Notes under the pieces: model-generated | Databases searched by the model: none | What the model saw: the letters and a program-made list of their open reading frames with translations, nothing else | Told to the model about the DNA's origin: nothing | Position numbers and translations under genes: made by a program | In this document: positions 49,808 through 59,305 of the stretch, piece after piece | Layout: each line of letters begins with the position of its first letter | Position numbering within the stretch: position 1 is the first letter of the stretch | Origin: Candidatus Kapaibacterium sp. | GTDB taxonomy: Bacteria > Bacteroidota > Ignavibacteria > Kapaibacteriales > UBA2268 | Assembly (NCBI GenBank): GCA_963664875.1 | Contig: OY761611.1 | Span: 3,763,815-3,827,814, forward strand | Reading direction: 5' to 3' | Length of the DNA stretch: 64,000 nt

Positions 49808-51799
49808 ATGAGTGACCCACAAAACAAAAAACCTTTTGGTGATTTTAATAGTGATGGCAAAGGGCCACAAAACAATATGATGAGAAATATGTCGGTAGTG
49901 CTGATATTTATAGCTGCTGTAGTATTTCTTTATCTATTTTCTCAGAATAGTGATTTCACTGCTGATAGACAAATTTCTTACACACAATACAAGTCTCTTG
50001 TTGAAAGCCGTCGAATACTTTCTGCTGTTGTTGCAAAATCGAATTTAAACGATTTTGAATTTAGAGCAAAGCTGAAAGGTACGGAAACTGTAAATATCAA
50101 CGGTCAGGATGTTGAGATAAGAAGTTTTACATGCCGTTTAGGTGTTGTGGATTCGGAAACCGAAAAGTGGTGGGAAGCCAATGGGGTTGTCTGGTCTTAT
50201 AAGCGAGAAGACGGCGGTATCATGGAAATAATGATTAACCTATTGCCGTGGATTTTGCTTATCGGTATTTGGATATTCTTCTTCCGTAGGATGCAAGGCG
50301 GAGGCGGTGGAAACAGCAAAGGAATTTTCTCATTTGGCAAATCGCGTGCAAAGCTGCTTAATGAAAACAGTCCGAAGATAACATTTGAAGATGTTGCCGG
50401 AGCTGACGAAGCTAAGTATGAGCTTGAAGAAGTAATAGAGTTTCTAAGAGAACCAACTAAGTTCCAAAGATTGGGTGGTAAAATACCTAAAGGTGTATTG
50501 CTTTTAGGCCCTCCGGGCACAGGTAAAACTTTACTTGCAAGAGCAGTAGCCGGTGAAGCGGGTGTGCCGTTTTACACAATTTCGGGCGCCGATTTTGTTG
50601 AAATGTTTGTAGGTGTCGGTGCATCTCGCGTAAGAGATCTATTCGAACAGGCTAAAAAAAGTGCACCTTGCCTTGTCTTCATTGATGAAATAGACGCAGT
50701 AGGCCGTCATCGTGGTGCCGGGCTCGGCGGAGGACATGACGAAAGGGAGCAAACACTCAATCAGTTATTGGTCGAAATGGACGGTTTCGAGCAAAATAGT
50801 GGTGTGATAATAATTGCAGCTACAAACAGACCTGATGTACTTGATCCGGCTCTATTAAGACCGGGCAGGTTTGACAGACAGGTAGTGGTAGATAGACCTG
50901 ATGTAAAAGGCAGAGAAGGAATTTTGAAAGTACATACCAGAAAAATTCCGCTTGGTTCTGATGTTGATATTGAAGTGCTTGCCAAAGGAACTCCGGGATT
51001 TTCCGGTGCTGATATTGCTAATATTGTGAACGAAGCTGCTTTATTTGCAGCCAGACGCAATAGTGATTTGGTAACTATGTACGATTTTGAGCAGGCAAAA
51101 GATAAAGTTTTGATGGGCATCGAACGTAAGAGTTTGGTGATTTCAGACAAAGAAAAAGAAATGACAGCTTACCATGAGATGGGACACGCTCTTGTAGGTA
51201 AATTCCTTCCATTGGCAGATCCTGTTCACAAAGTATCAATCATTCCGCGAGGAAGAGCTTTGGGTGTAACAGTGCAATTGCCAAACGAGGACTTCCACTC
51301 AAAAAGCAAAGTGAGTATCGAAACAATAATTACTGTGTTGATGGCAGGGAGAGCTGCTGAAAAGTTAGTTTTTGGAATATATTCGACCGGTGCTTCTAAC
51401 GATTTGCAAAGAGCTACACAGTTTGCACGCCGTATGGTATGCGAATGGGGTATGAGTGATGTGATTGGTCCTGTTACTTACAACAACAATCATGATGAAG
51501 TATTTTTAGGTCGTGATATTGCACATTCTAAAGATCACAGTGAAAAGACCGCACAGCTAATTGATGAAGAAGTAAGAAAGATACTTCTAAATTGTAGCGA
51601 CAATGCAGAAAAAATATTGACTGAAAACATGGAAATGCTCCATAAAACTTCAAAAATTCTAATTCAAAGAGAAACTATAGACGGAGTTGAATTGGAGATG
51701 ATAGTGCAGGGCGAAGAATTGCCGCCGATAAGTCAGCAAAGAATCAATGCCTTGAAAACTATGAAACTTGATACAAAAGAAAACAAACAAGCATTATAA
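49808..51799 (+). CDS. ftsH: ATP-dependent zinc metalloprotease FtsH
   Basis: Two TMs, [39 protein letters not shown]. Confidence 0.97.
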   Translation: MSDPQNKKPFGDFNSDGKGPQNNMMRNMSVVLIFIAAVVFLYLFSQNSDFTADRQISYTQYKSLVESRRILSAVVAKSNLNDFEFRAKLKGTETVNINGQDVEIRSFTCRLGVVDSETEKWWEANGVVWSYKREDGGIMEIMINLLPWILLIGIWIFFFRRMQGGGGGNSKGIFSFGKSRAKLLNENSPKITFEDVAGADEAKYELEEVIEFLREPTKFQRLGGKIPKGVLLLGPPGTGKTLLARAVAGEAGVPFYTISGADFVEMFVGVGASRVRDLFEQAKKSAPCLVFIDEIDAVGRHRGAGLGGGHDEREQTLNQLLVEMDGFEQNSGVIIIAATNRPDVLDPALLRPGRFDRQVVVDRPDVKGREGILKVHTRKIPLGSDVDIEVLAKGTPGFSGADIANIVNEAALFAARRNSDLVTMYDFEQAKDKVLMGIERKSLVISDKEKEMTAYHEMGHALVGKFLPLADPVHKVSIIPRGRALGVTVQLPNEDFHSKSKVSIETIITVLMAGRAAEKLVFGIYSTGASNDLQRATQFARRMVCEWGMSDVIGPVTYNNNHDEVFLGRDIAHSKDHSEKTAQLIDEEVRKILLNCSDNAEKILTENMEMLHKTSKILIQRETIDGVELEMIVQGEELPPISQQRINALKTMKLDTKENKQAL

Positions 51800-51824
51800 A
51801 AAAGATTTTTAAAAAAATCTTGAG

Positions 51825-51858
51825 AAAAGTGCCGATTTTTGTAGTCGGCATTTTTTTT
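51825..51858 (+). terminator. Terminator after ftsH
   Basis: GTGCCGATT-TTTGT-AGTCGGCAT plus T run. Confidence 0.75.
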
Positions 51859-51920
51859 ATATACAAAAAAAGTGTATTTTGGCAAATTAGACTTTTGACA
51901 TTTTCATTAACTTTTGTTAG

Positions 51921-53612
51921 GTGATGACAGTGGCTAACAGCGTAACTAACAATGAACTGAAGCAACTATTATGGGACCGCCAGAGTGGTTTATGTGCCAT
52001 TAGCGGCAAGAAATTTGAAGAAGGTATCCAGTCCGCAGACTGCGTTTTTATTCTCGTTATTCCTACAGAAAAGGGTGGCATCGAAGAAGCTGAAAATGCT
52101 GTGATGGTTTGGAAATTCGCTTTAGAAGATAATTTTGGTCACAAAGACCAAGAGGGAAATACTTATTTTAGAAAATATCTTTTCCCTTATGCAAATTTTC
52201 AGAACTATGCTCCGGCAGATTTAGAATCTGATATTAAAGCTGATGTTGATACTATCACATCTATGCCGTTTGAATCAGTACGAAGGCTTACAGGTCAACT
52301 CAAAGATATTGCTCAAAGAGTAAGAAACTTGGTTGCTGAGCAAGAAACAAAAGATGCAATGGCTGAAAAAATTGATGCTGTGTTTGCTCAGTTGAAGCAG
52401 GCAAGAGAAGACAAACAAAATGCCTTTGAAGAAAATGCACAGAAAAACTATGCGGAACTCAAACCTAAAGTTGATGAAGCTGTCAAATTAGCTGCCGAAA
52501 CAGATAATTTCCGCGAAGCAAGAGAAGCTCTTATCGAATTGCAAAAATCAGTAAGAAAAGATGCTCTGACACGCGAGCAAAGAGTAGAATTATCTGACGC
52601 TCTCAATAATGCATTCCTTAATATCTCTGAACGCCAGGCAGCTGAAAGAGATAACTACGAAATGGAATGTATCGAAAATTATCATAAACTCAAAGCTGAT
52701 GTTGATGCTGCGGTAGAATTTGCTTCTACTGCTACAAGATTTAAAGATGCAAGACAGAAGCTAATCGATGCTCAAAACGAAATCAAAGGCAAAAAGCTAA
52801 AACGCGAGCAAAGAGATGAGTTATATGGAATTATAAGAGAAACATTTGACAAAGTCAATGAAAAACAAGAATCTGAAAGAGACCAGTTTGAAAATGTAGC
52901 TGCTGAGAATTATGCTAAAATCAAACCGATTGTAGATGAATCTATAAGCTTTGCTAACAGCACCGATGATTTTGCAGCTGCCAGACAGACTTTGATAAAT
53001 GCTCAAAAAGAAATCAAAAAAATGAGACTCAAACGCGAACAGATGGATGAGCTTTATGCTTCCATCAGAGAAGTATTTGAGAAGATAAACGAAGCTCAGT
53101 CAAGTGAAAAAGTTGAATACGAAAAAGAATGTAACGAAAACTATGCAAGACTTAAAGTAAAAGCTGAAGAAGCTCTTGTTGAAGTCAAAAACACTTCTGA
53201 TTTCGGTCTGATTAGAGACACTTTGCTTGCTGTGCAAGGCGAGATAAAATTCTTTAAGCTCAAAAAAGAACAACGCAACGAGCTGTTTGCTATTATTCGC
53301 GAAGCATTTAATATTTTTGATGAAAAACGAAATGCTTACAAAGAGAATCGCAAATCTCAACGCTCTGATAAAGTAAAAGAGCTTTTAGACAGTACAAAAG
53401 CTAAAATAGAAAGAATCAAAGACTCTATAGAAAAAGATGAGATAGCTATAAATGAGCTAAAAACTGCTTTGGATACTGCAGAGGAAGAAGCAAAAGCTGA
53501 AATCCAATCTAATATCGAAAAATTAGAAGTTAGCATCAAAGATAAAAATTTATCTATAGACAATAATAATAAAAGAGTGGAAGAATTAGAGCAAGAACTA
53601 AATTCACTCTAA
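51921..53612 (+). CDS. Helical repeat protein (four 77-aa DUF349-like repeats) with degenerate HNH-like N-terminus
   Basis: Repeats ..ENY..LK..V..A.....F..AR..L...Q..IK..KLKREQR.EL...IRE.F; N-terminal LWDRQSGLCAISGK...IPTEKGG...N. Confidence 0.65.
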   Translation: MMTVANSVTNNELKQLLWDRQSGLCAISGKKFEEGIQSADCVFILVIPTEKGGIEEAENAVMVWKFALEDNFGHKDQEGNTYFRKYLFPYANFQNYAPADLESDIKADVDTITSMPFESVRRLTGQLKDIAQRVRNLVAEQETKDAMAEKIDAVFAQLKQAREDKQNAFEENAQKNYAELKPKVDEAVKLAAETDNFREAREALIELQKSVRKDALTREQRVELSDALNNAFLNISERQAAERDNYEMECIENYHKLKADVDAAVEFASTATRFKDARQKLIDAQNEIKGKKLKREQRDELYGIIRETFDKVNEKQESERDQFENVAAENYAKIKPIVDESISFANSTDDFAAARQTLINAQKEIKKMRLKREQMDELYASIREVFEKINEAQSSEKVEYEKECNENYARLKVKAEEALVEVKNTSDFGLIRDTLLAVQGEIKFFKLKKEQRNELFAIIREAFNIFDEKRNAYKENRKSQRSDKVKELLDSTKAKIERIKDSIEKDEIAINELKTALDTAEEEAKAEIQSNIEKLEVSIKDKNLSIDNNNKRVEELEQELNSL

Positions 53613-54406
53613 ACCCTTGCCGGATTTAAACTAAATAGGATTTTCAATAACTCCTCCTGGAATGTTGAAAGTCCTATTTTTGTAACATATACAAATAGAG
53701 GTACTGAAACGCTTAGTATCAAGAGACCGACAAACACTTTGAGTTGGAATGAAAGTATAAATATGTTTGTCTGTGGTGCTACTCTTGCCAGCAAGGCAAG
53801 GGAAAGATTGGTACAGAAAAGTGCTACAATCACAGGCGCCGACATTTTTACGCCCATTATCAAAACCGTAGTTGCAAATTTGATAAGCAGAGTTACTGTC
53901 GATTCTGTAACTGCAAACTCCGTTAGAGGAACTGCTCTGAGAGAAATGTAGAGTGATTCGAGAATTTGATGATGCCCATTCAAGAAAAGGAAAACCATAA
54001 GTACTATCATGTTATATAGTTCACCTATCAGAGTAGGTGTTGTACTGTCTTTGTCAAATAAAATTGCTGTTTGGTAGCCCATATCCATATCAACAATACC
54101 ACCTGCAAACGTTGCAGCCATAAACATCATCTGAGCACCAAATCCTAAAGCTATACCTACCAAAGCTTCTCTCATAGCAAGCACGGGCAAGTACCAAAGG
54201 TGGTATTCTATGAGCTGTTGTTCTTGCCAGTAAGCAGAAGTAATAATTGCTGTCAGAAGGATTGATAAAATGATTTTGACTGTATTAGGTATGGCAGCAT
54301 GTTTGAAAAATGGAGACGAAGCAACAAAAGCGGTTACTCTTACGAAGATTAAACCGCCAATGATAAACTTTCCCATAAGGGCATTGATTGTAGTTGCGTC
54401 GAGCAT
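53609..54406 (-). CDS. fliR: Flagellar export apparatus protein FliR
   Basis: FVRV....SPFF, EALVG, AGGIVDMDMGY, LNGHH, ARVAPQTNIFILSF; third gene of fliPQR. Confidence 0.9.
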   Translation of the reverse strand: MLDATTINALMGKFIIGGLIFVRVTAFVASSPFFKHAAIPNTVKIILSILLTAIITSAYWQEQQLIEYHLWYLPVLAMREALVGIALGFGAQMMFMAATFAGGIVDMDMGYQTAILFDKDSTTPTLIGELYNMIVLMVFLFLNGHHQILESLYISLRAVPLTEFAVTESTVTLLIKFATTVLIMGVKMSAPVIVALFCTNLSLALLARVAPQTNIFILSFQLKVFVGLLILSVSVPLFVYVTKIGLSTFQEELLKILFSLNPARV

Positions 54407-54414
54407 TTTTTACA

Positions 54415-54678
54415 TCACATATTGGGTATATAAGCAATCATTTCTTTGGTAAATGTTGTAAGTTTTTCAAGCATATAGGGCAGAAGTAGCACGATGACAA
54501 GAAATACAGTCAATAATTTAGGTACAAATGTCAGGGTTTGCTCCGAAATAGAAGTCGCTGCCTGAAAAATGGAAATAATCAACCCCACAACCAAGGAAGC
54601 CAGAAGCAGAGGACCTACTACCAAAAGTACAGTATAAAATGCGTCACTTACTAATTTTACAACCATTTGGTCTGTCAT
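54415..54678 (-). CDS. fliQ: Flagellar export apparatus protein FliQ
   Basis: VVGLIISIFQAATSISEQTLTFVPKL. Confidence 0.93.
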   Translation of the reverse strand: MTDQMVVKLVSDAFYTVLLVVGPLLLASLVVGLIISIFQAATSISEQTLTFVPKLLTVFLVIVLLLPYMLEKLTTFTKEMIAYIPNM

Positions 54679-54689
54679 TGTCTTATTCC

Positions 54690-55484
54690 TTATTTCATTA
54701 TACTTCGCATTAGAGAGTCAATTACTAAATGCCATCCATCCACAAGAATAAACAGCAATATCTTTATAGGCAAAGAAATCAACTGAGGAGGCAATAGGAA
54801 CATACCAAGCGACATCAGAGTGCTGGCAATAATCATATCGAGCACCAAAAAGGGAATAAAAAGCATAAACCCAATTTGAAATGCTGTCCTAAGTTCGCTG
54901 ATTGTATATGCCGGAATTATCGTCCAAGTAGAAACTTCGCTAATGTCATTTGGTCTTTCTTCTTCGCCACTAAGTTTAAGGAAAAGCCCGAGGTCTTCTT
55001 CGCGTGTATGCTTCAACATAAATTCGCGGAAGGGCTTAACAATATTGTCAACTGCTTGATCTTGGCTTATTTCTTCCCTTAGATAGGGCTGTATTCCGGT
55101 TTGATTTGCTTCGTTCAAAACAGGTTGCATCACAAAAAATGTTAGGAATAAAGCCAGACCTGTCAGTAGTTGATTAGGTGGCTGGGTGTTAGTTCCGAGA
55201 GCCTGCTTTAAAAAGTGGAATACAACTATAATTCGGGTAAAACTTGTCATCATTACAAGTATAGAAGGAGCAAGAGTCAGCACTGTCATTACAGTAAGAA
55301 TTTGCAAGGTCAGCACCAAATCATTTTGTCCGCTTGCCATGTCAACATCTACACTAAGCTTTGGAAGCTGAATAGCAGGTGCAGATTGCTGTGCTATCAA
55401 TTCACTTCCTGTGAACATAAGACCAGCAAGAATCAGCAGGAATGCGAAAATATATTTAGTATGTGATTGCTTGAATAGCTGCAT
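54690..55484 (-). CDS. fliP: Flagellar export apparatus protein FliP
   Basis: Cleavable signal; LAPSILVMMTSFTRI, ALGT..QPPNQ, PAYTISEL.TAFQIGF, ISLPIKILLFILVDGW. Confidence 0.93.
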   Translation of the reverse strand: MQLFKQSHTKYIFAFLLILAGLMFTGSELIAQQSAPAIQLPKLSVDVDMASGQNDLVLTLQILTVMTVLTLAPSILVMMTSFTRIIVVFHFLKQALGTNTQPPNQLLTGLALFLTFFVMQPVLNEANQTGIQPYLREEISQDQAVDNIVKPFREFMLKHTREEDLGLFLKLSGEEERPNDISEVSTWTIIPAYTISELRTAFQIGFMLFIPFLVLDMIIASTLMSLGMFLLPPQLISLPIKILLFILVDGWHLVIDSLMRSIMK

Positions 55485-55947
55485 ATTATTCTACTATTAG
55501 TTAGACTCTTTTGACTAAAACAATTGATATGCCATTATTGAGTTAGGTGATTCGAGGGAGCATACAATACAAAATTATTTGGATGGAAAGAGCCAGGATT
55601 TTGACTTAAATAATAAACCTGAGCTTTAAGCTCGGTTTTTGAATAGAAGAAGAATTCAAATATTGAGTATCAAAAATTGCTATTTAAACCCTTTATAACA
55701 CATTATCTTATAGATAGGTTTTATTAGAATAGCGATACAGCCACGCCGGTTGCAGCGATTATAGAGTCGGGTTTAAATTATTTTCAAAACAAAGTTTTAG
55801 GTAGAGACTAAGTAAATTTAGATAAAATATCGAACTCCGAGAGTACTGATTAACTTTACAATACAATTATTTCAGCAAAAAAAAGTTGACTCTTTCTATT
55901 ATGCTCATTCAAATACTTGGCGATAAAAAGCCAGTATGTAGAATATT

Positions 55948-57714
55948 CTATCGTTTTTTGAAAGGCTTTTTGTTGCCTTGTGATTGGCGGTTGCCTTGAG
56001 TATAAGACTTTTGAAATGTCTTGGCAGTAAGGACTTCTTTCTGCGATTTTTTTTGATTCGGATTCGTTTCAATATGAATAGGTTCCAAAGTCCATGGGTT
56101 AAGTCCTGTGTAGAACATTAGCGTAGAGTATGTTGAAGGAGTAGGTGTAAAAATTTGCACTTGTTCGGGGTTCAATTTTAATTCTTTAGAAACGAATCTT
56201 TTTAGTTCTTTCATGTGCTCATATTCGCATCCCGGATGAGCCGCAATGAAATAGTAAGTAAGAAACTGGTTTTTGCCGGTTTGCTTATTCAATCTTATAA
56301 ATTCTTCTCGAAAATCTAACAAGTGTTTTCTAGCAGGTTTACCCATTAGATCTAAGACTTCAGATTGAGCATGCTCAGGAGCAATTTTGAGCTGACCCGA
56401 AATGTGATTTTCCACAAGCTGTTTAAAGTATTGTTTACCGGACTTTTTATCTTCCATAACTAAATCATATCTCAATCCGGAACCTGTAAAAACTTTTTTT
56501 ACATGCTCCATTTTATTGATTTTGGAGAGTACTTGTATCTGGTCTTTATGGTCTATCTGCATTGATTTACATTTTTCAGGGTAAAGACATCGTTTATCCT
56601 GGCAGCTGCCAAGTTTATCCATTTTTGGGCAATGATTGTTGTACATATTTGTAGAAGCACCGCCAACATCGCTGATTATCCCCTTGAATTTGGGATGAGA
56701 TTTGTATCTTCTTGCTTCTTTTAGTAAGGAGTCTTCTGAGCGTGAACGAATTTTTCTTCCCTGATGCACTGCAATTGCACAGAAGTTACACTCTCCGTAG
56801 CATCCTCTGTGTGAGTTTATCGAGAAGCGTATTGTGTCCATAGCCCTGACTTTACCGTCAATAGCATAATGAGGGTGTACCTCATTTTCAAAATCTAATT
56901 CATAAACTGTGTCTAAGTCATTCCCTTCGAGATAGTAATTGGGTGGGTTTTGTATCAGAAAACGATTATCTACCTGTTGCACTAAGCCTTTGGCATTAAG
57001 TGGATCATTGTTTTTATAGAAAGTTTGGAACATCTCAATAAATTTATACTTGTCGGCAGATACTTCTAAATAGCTTGGCAGATTAAGATATTCTTCTTTA
57101 TTTTCTTTTGCTATATAGCATAGACCTCTGATATTTTCAGTAGCACTGTTATTTTGCAGTGCTTGAGCGAGTTCTATTATAGTTTTTTCGCCTTCGCCAT
57201 AAATTAGGTAATCTGCCTTTGCATCAAAGAGAATTGGTTTTCTTATTTTATTTGACCAAAAGTCGTAGTGAGCTACTCTTCTAAGGCTGGCTTCTATGCC
57301 GCCAAGCACTATGGGAACAGTATCTTTATAGTATTGACGAATCAGATTAGAGTATTTGATAACAGCTCTGTCCGGTCGTCTGTTGTTTATTTCTCCGGGA
57401 GTAGCGTCATCAGACTGAATTTTTTTCTTGAGAGCAGTATAATTTGCTACCATAGAGTCCACAGCTCCGCCACTTACACCCCAGAATAAACGAGGTTCTC
57501 CAAGAGCAGTAATGTCTTTGTCAGAACTAATATCCGGTTGAGCAATCACTGCTACGGAAAAGCCATGTTTTTCGAGATACTTCCCAATGACAGCAATGCC
57601 GCTGTACGGAGAATCAATGTAAGTATCTCCGGAGACTAAAATGATGTCCGGCCGGGCAATATTTCGCTGTTTTAGCTCTTTTGTGGTAACGGGTAGAAAC
57701 AAAGTAATACTCAA
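55948..57714 (-). CDS. ygiQ: YgiQ-family (UPF0313) radical SAM protein
   Basis: VSGDTYIDSP, DSMVANYT, GGIEASLRR.AHYDFW, HRGCYGECNFCAI, KIAPEH, YFIAAHPG, EQVQIFTPTP. Confidence 0.9.
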   Translation of the reverse strand: MSITLFLPVTTKELKQRNIARPDIILVSGDTYIDSPYSGIAVIGKYLEKHGFSVAVIAQPDISSDKDITALGEPRLFWGVSGGAVDSMVANYTALKKKIQSDDATPGEINNRRPDRAVIKYSNLIRQYYKDTVPIVLGGIEASLRRVAHYDFWSNKIRKPILFDAKADYLIYGEGEKTIIELAQALQNNSATENIRGLCYIAKENKEEYLNLPSYLEVSADKYKFIEMFQTFYKNNDPLNAKGLVQQVDNRFLIQNPPNYYLEGNDLDTVYELDFENEVHPHYAIDGKVRAMDTIRFSINSHRGCYGECNFCAIAVHQGRKIRSRSEDSLLKEARRYKSHPKFKGIISDVGGASTNMYNNHCPKMDKLGSCQDKRCLYPEKCKSMQIDHKDQIQVLSKINKMEHVKKVFTGSGLRYDLVMEDKKSGKQYFKQLVENHISGQLKIAPEHAQSEVLDLMGKPARKHLLDFREEFIRLNKQTGKNQFLTYYFIAAHPGCEYEHMKELKRFVSKELKLNPEQVQIFTPTPSTYSTLMFYTGLNPWTLEPIHIETNPNQKKSQKEVLTAKTFQKSYTQGNRQSQGNKKPFKKR

Positions 57715-57786
57715 ATCTAAGTATAATAATACTCAAATATAATGTATTGCGGTGAGGGAATCTAAGGAAATTTGTGGAGAGTAAAA

Positions 57787-57854
57787 CTGCCACCCTTTCA
57801 GTACTGTAACATTATCACATATCAGTTGGGGTGAAATCTTAGCAAGGGTGGCAG
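57787..57854 (-). terminator. Long-loop inverted repeat after the phytase gene
   Basis: CTGCCACCCTT ... AAGGGTGGCAG (11-bp arms, 46-nt loop), short T run on the minus strand. Confidence 0.4.
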
Positions 57855-57863
57855 CATACATTA

Positions 57864-58964
57864 TTATTTACATTTTATTCCTAACTTATCGAATAGCATG
57901 TGCAAATCGAAAGCTCCGATACCTCCATCATTGTGGACTGCATAGAATACACCTTTTTTATAAGGACCGAATGGAGTTTGTGTAAGCCAAACACCATCAG
58001 TGTTCTGAGTAGTTTCAGATTTGAATGCAGCCACTTTTTCGAATGTTTTTCTATCAAATATGTAAAAAGTGTTATCGCCTTTTGCCTGATCTGTGCAGAA
58101 CCAAAAGCCTTCACCATTTCCGCAGTCGTAGAGAGCAATGCCTTCTGCCTGATATTTCATTATTCCTTTTCCAAGGGTTCTGCCGTCAAAAGTACCATTA
58201 GTTAGATTGTAAGATTTGAGATAAGTTAAAGTCTCATCTTCTTCAGATAGTAGTAATGTGTTGTTTGTTGGATCAGCATACACAGACTCTACTATTTTCA
58301 AAACACCATCGCCTGAAGTGTCGCCGATATATCTTTTGAATTCGCTTTTGAGTTTGCCGTTTTTTACAGTAAAAGTATATTCGAGTACTCTTTTCCCTAA
58401 TTCTTCATTAGGTGGAATGCTGTCGTTTTTTTCGTAGTTATCTGTGATAAATAAGCGATAACTATCATTCAATTTGTCAATAGATAGGCCGTAAGGTTTG
58501 ATTAGCTTATCATTAGCTATAAAACCTAAATGTTTGAAATCAGGTAAAGAAAGCACCTGCACTCGGTGGTTGTCTCTTTCGACGATTGCACAAATATTAT
58601 CAACTACCCAAATGCCGTTAGGTCTGTTTAGTTCACCGGCTTTCGCACCTGATTTTAGTACACGTTTAATAAGTTCGCCATTTTCCGCATTATATATAAG
58701 CAAGTCATTTGATACTTTCCCTGTAGCAATTACCCAGTTTTCACCTTGCGGAGTTACATAAAAGGCAGGAGAATCAACATTATCTTTGTCGTCCCATTTG
58801 CTCAAAAATGTTTCTTTTATAGTAGGTATGGTATCTTCTTTTATTTCAACTTTAGATTCGGTTTTTGGCAAATTTTCTTCAGTTTTGTTGGATTTGTCGT
58901 TGCAAGCAGTAAGTATTGCAAAGCTGACAAAACAGAGAGTAAGCAATTTAGTAATACTCTTCAT
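57864..58964 (-). CDS. Beta-propeller phytase, lipoprotein
   Basis: Lipobox ILTA-C; DNVDSPA, IATGK, LSEED, QAEGIALY, CTDQ, TDGVW, F.AVHND. Confidence 0.75.
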   Translation of the reverse strand: MKSITKLLTLCFVSFAILTACNDKSNKTEENLPKTESKVEIKEDTIPTIKETFLSKWDDKDNVDSPAFYVTPQGENWVIATGKVSNDLLIYNAENGELIKRVLKSGAKAGELNRPNGIWVVDNICAIVERDNHRVQVLSLPDFKHLGFIANDKLIKPYGLSIDKLNDSYRLFITDNYEKNDSIPPNEELGKRVLEYTFTVKNGKLKSEFKRYIGDTSGDGVLKIVESVYADPTNNTLLLSEEDETLTYLKSYNLTNGTFDGRTLGKGIMKYQAEGIALYDCGNGEGFWFCTDQAKGDNTFYIFDRKTFEKVAAFKSETTQNTDGVWLTQTPFGPYKKGVFYAVHNDGGIGAFDLHMLFDKLGIKCK

Positions 58965-59119
58965 TATAAGCCTCTATTGTAATGGATAATAAAAAAACTC
59001 AAAAACTGGAAATGTACAAATGGATTATACATTGTTTAGAGATACAATGATATGGAAAATCTAAATCAAATAAAATTCAATGTTAGGTTAAGATTTAGCA
59101 AATAATCTGTTTGTATAAA

Positions 59120-59253
59120 GTTAGGAATGTGTTAAGATGGAAAGTGTGTATGGAAAACAAGCTAAATAGCGAAGAAAACGGCGATTTATAACTTTCTATT
59201 GTCAAAATAAAAATTTACTGATATTTGCAATCATATTAACCAAAACTTAAAAC
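59120..59253. promoter_or_regulatory. Putative PhoB/OmpR-type tandem boxes in the divergent promoter region
   Basis: 11-bp-spaced half sites: minus strand CTTAACACATT-CCTAAC (59120-59136) and plus strand TTAACCAAAAC-TTAAAAC (59236-59253). Confidence 0.3.
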
Positions 59254-59305
59254 AACTGAAGTAAGTTGCATAATCTTTTAAACACACAATTTTTCGGAGG
59301 AATTA

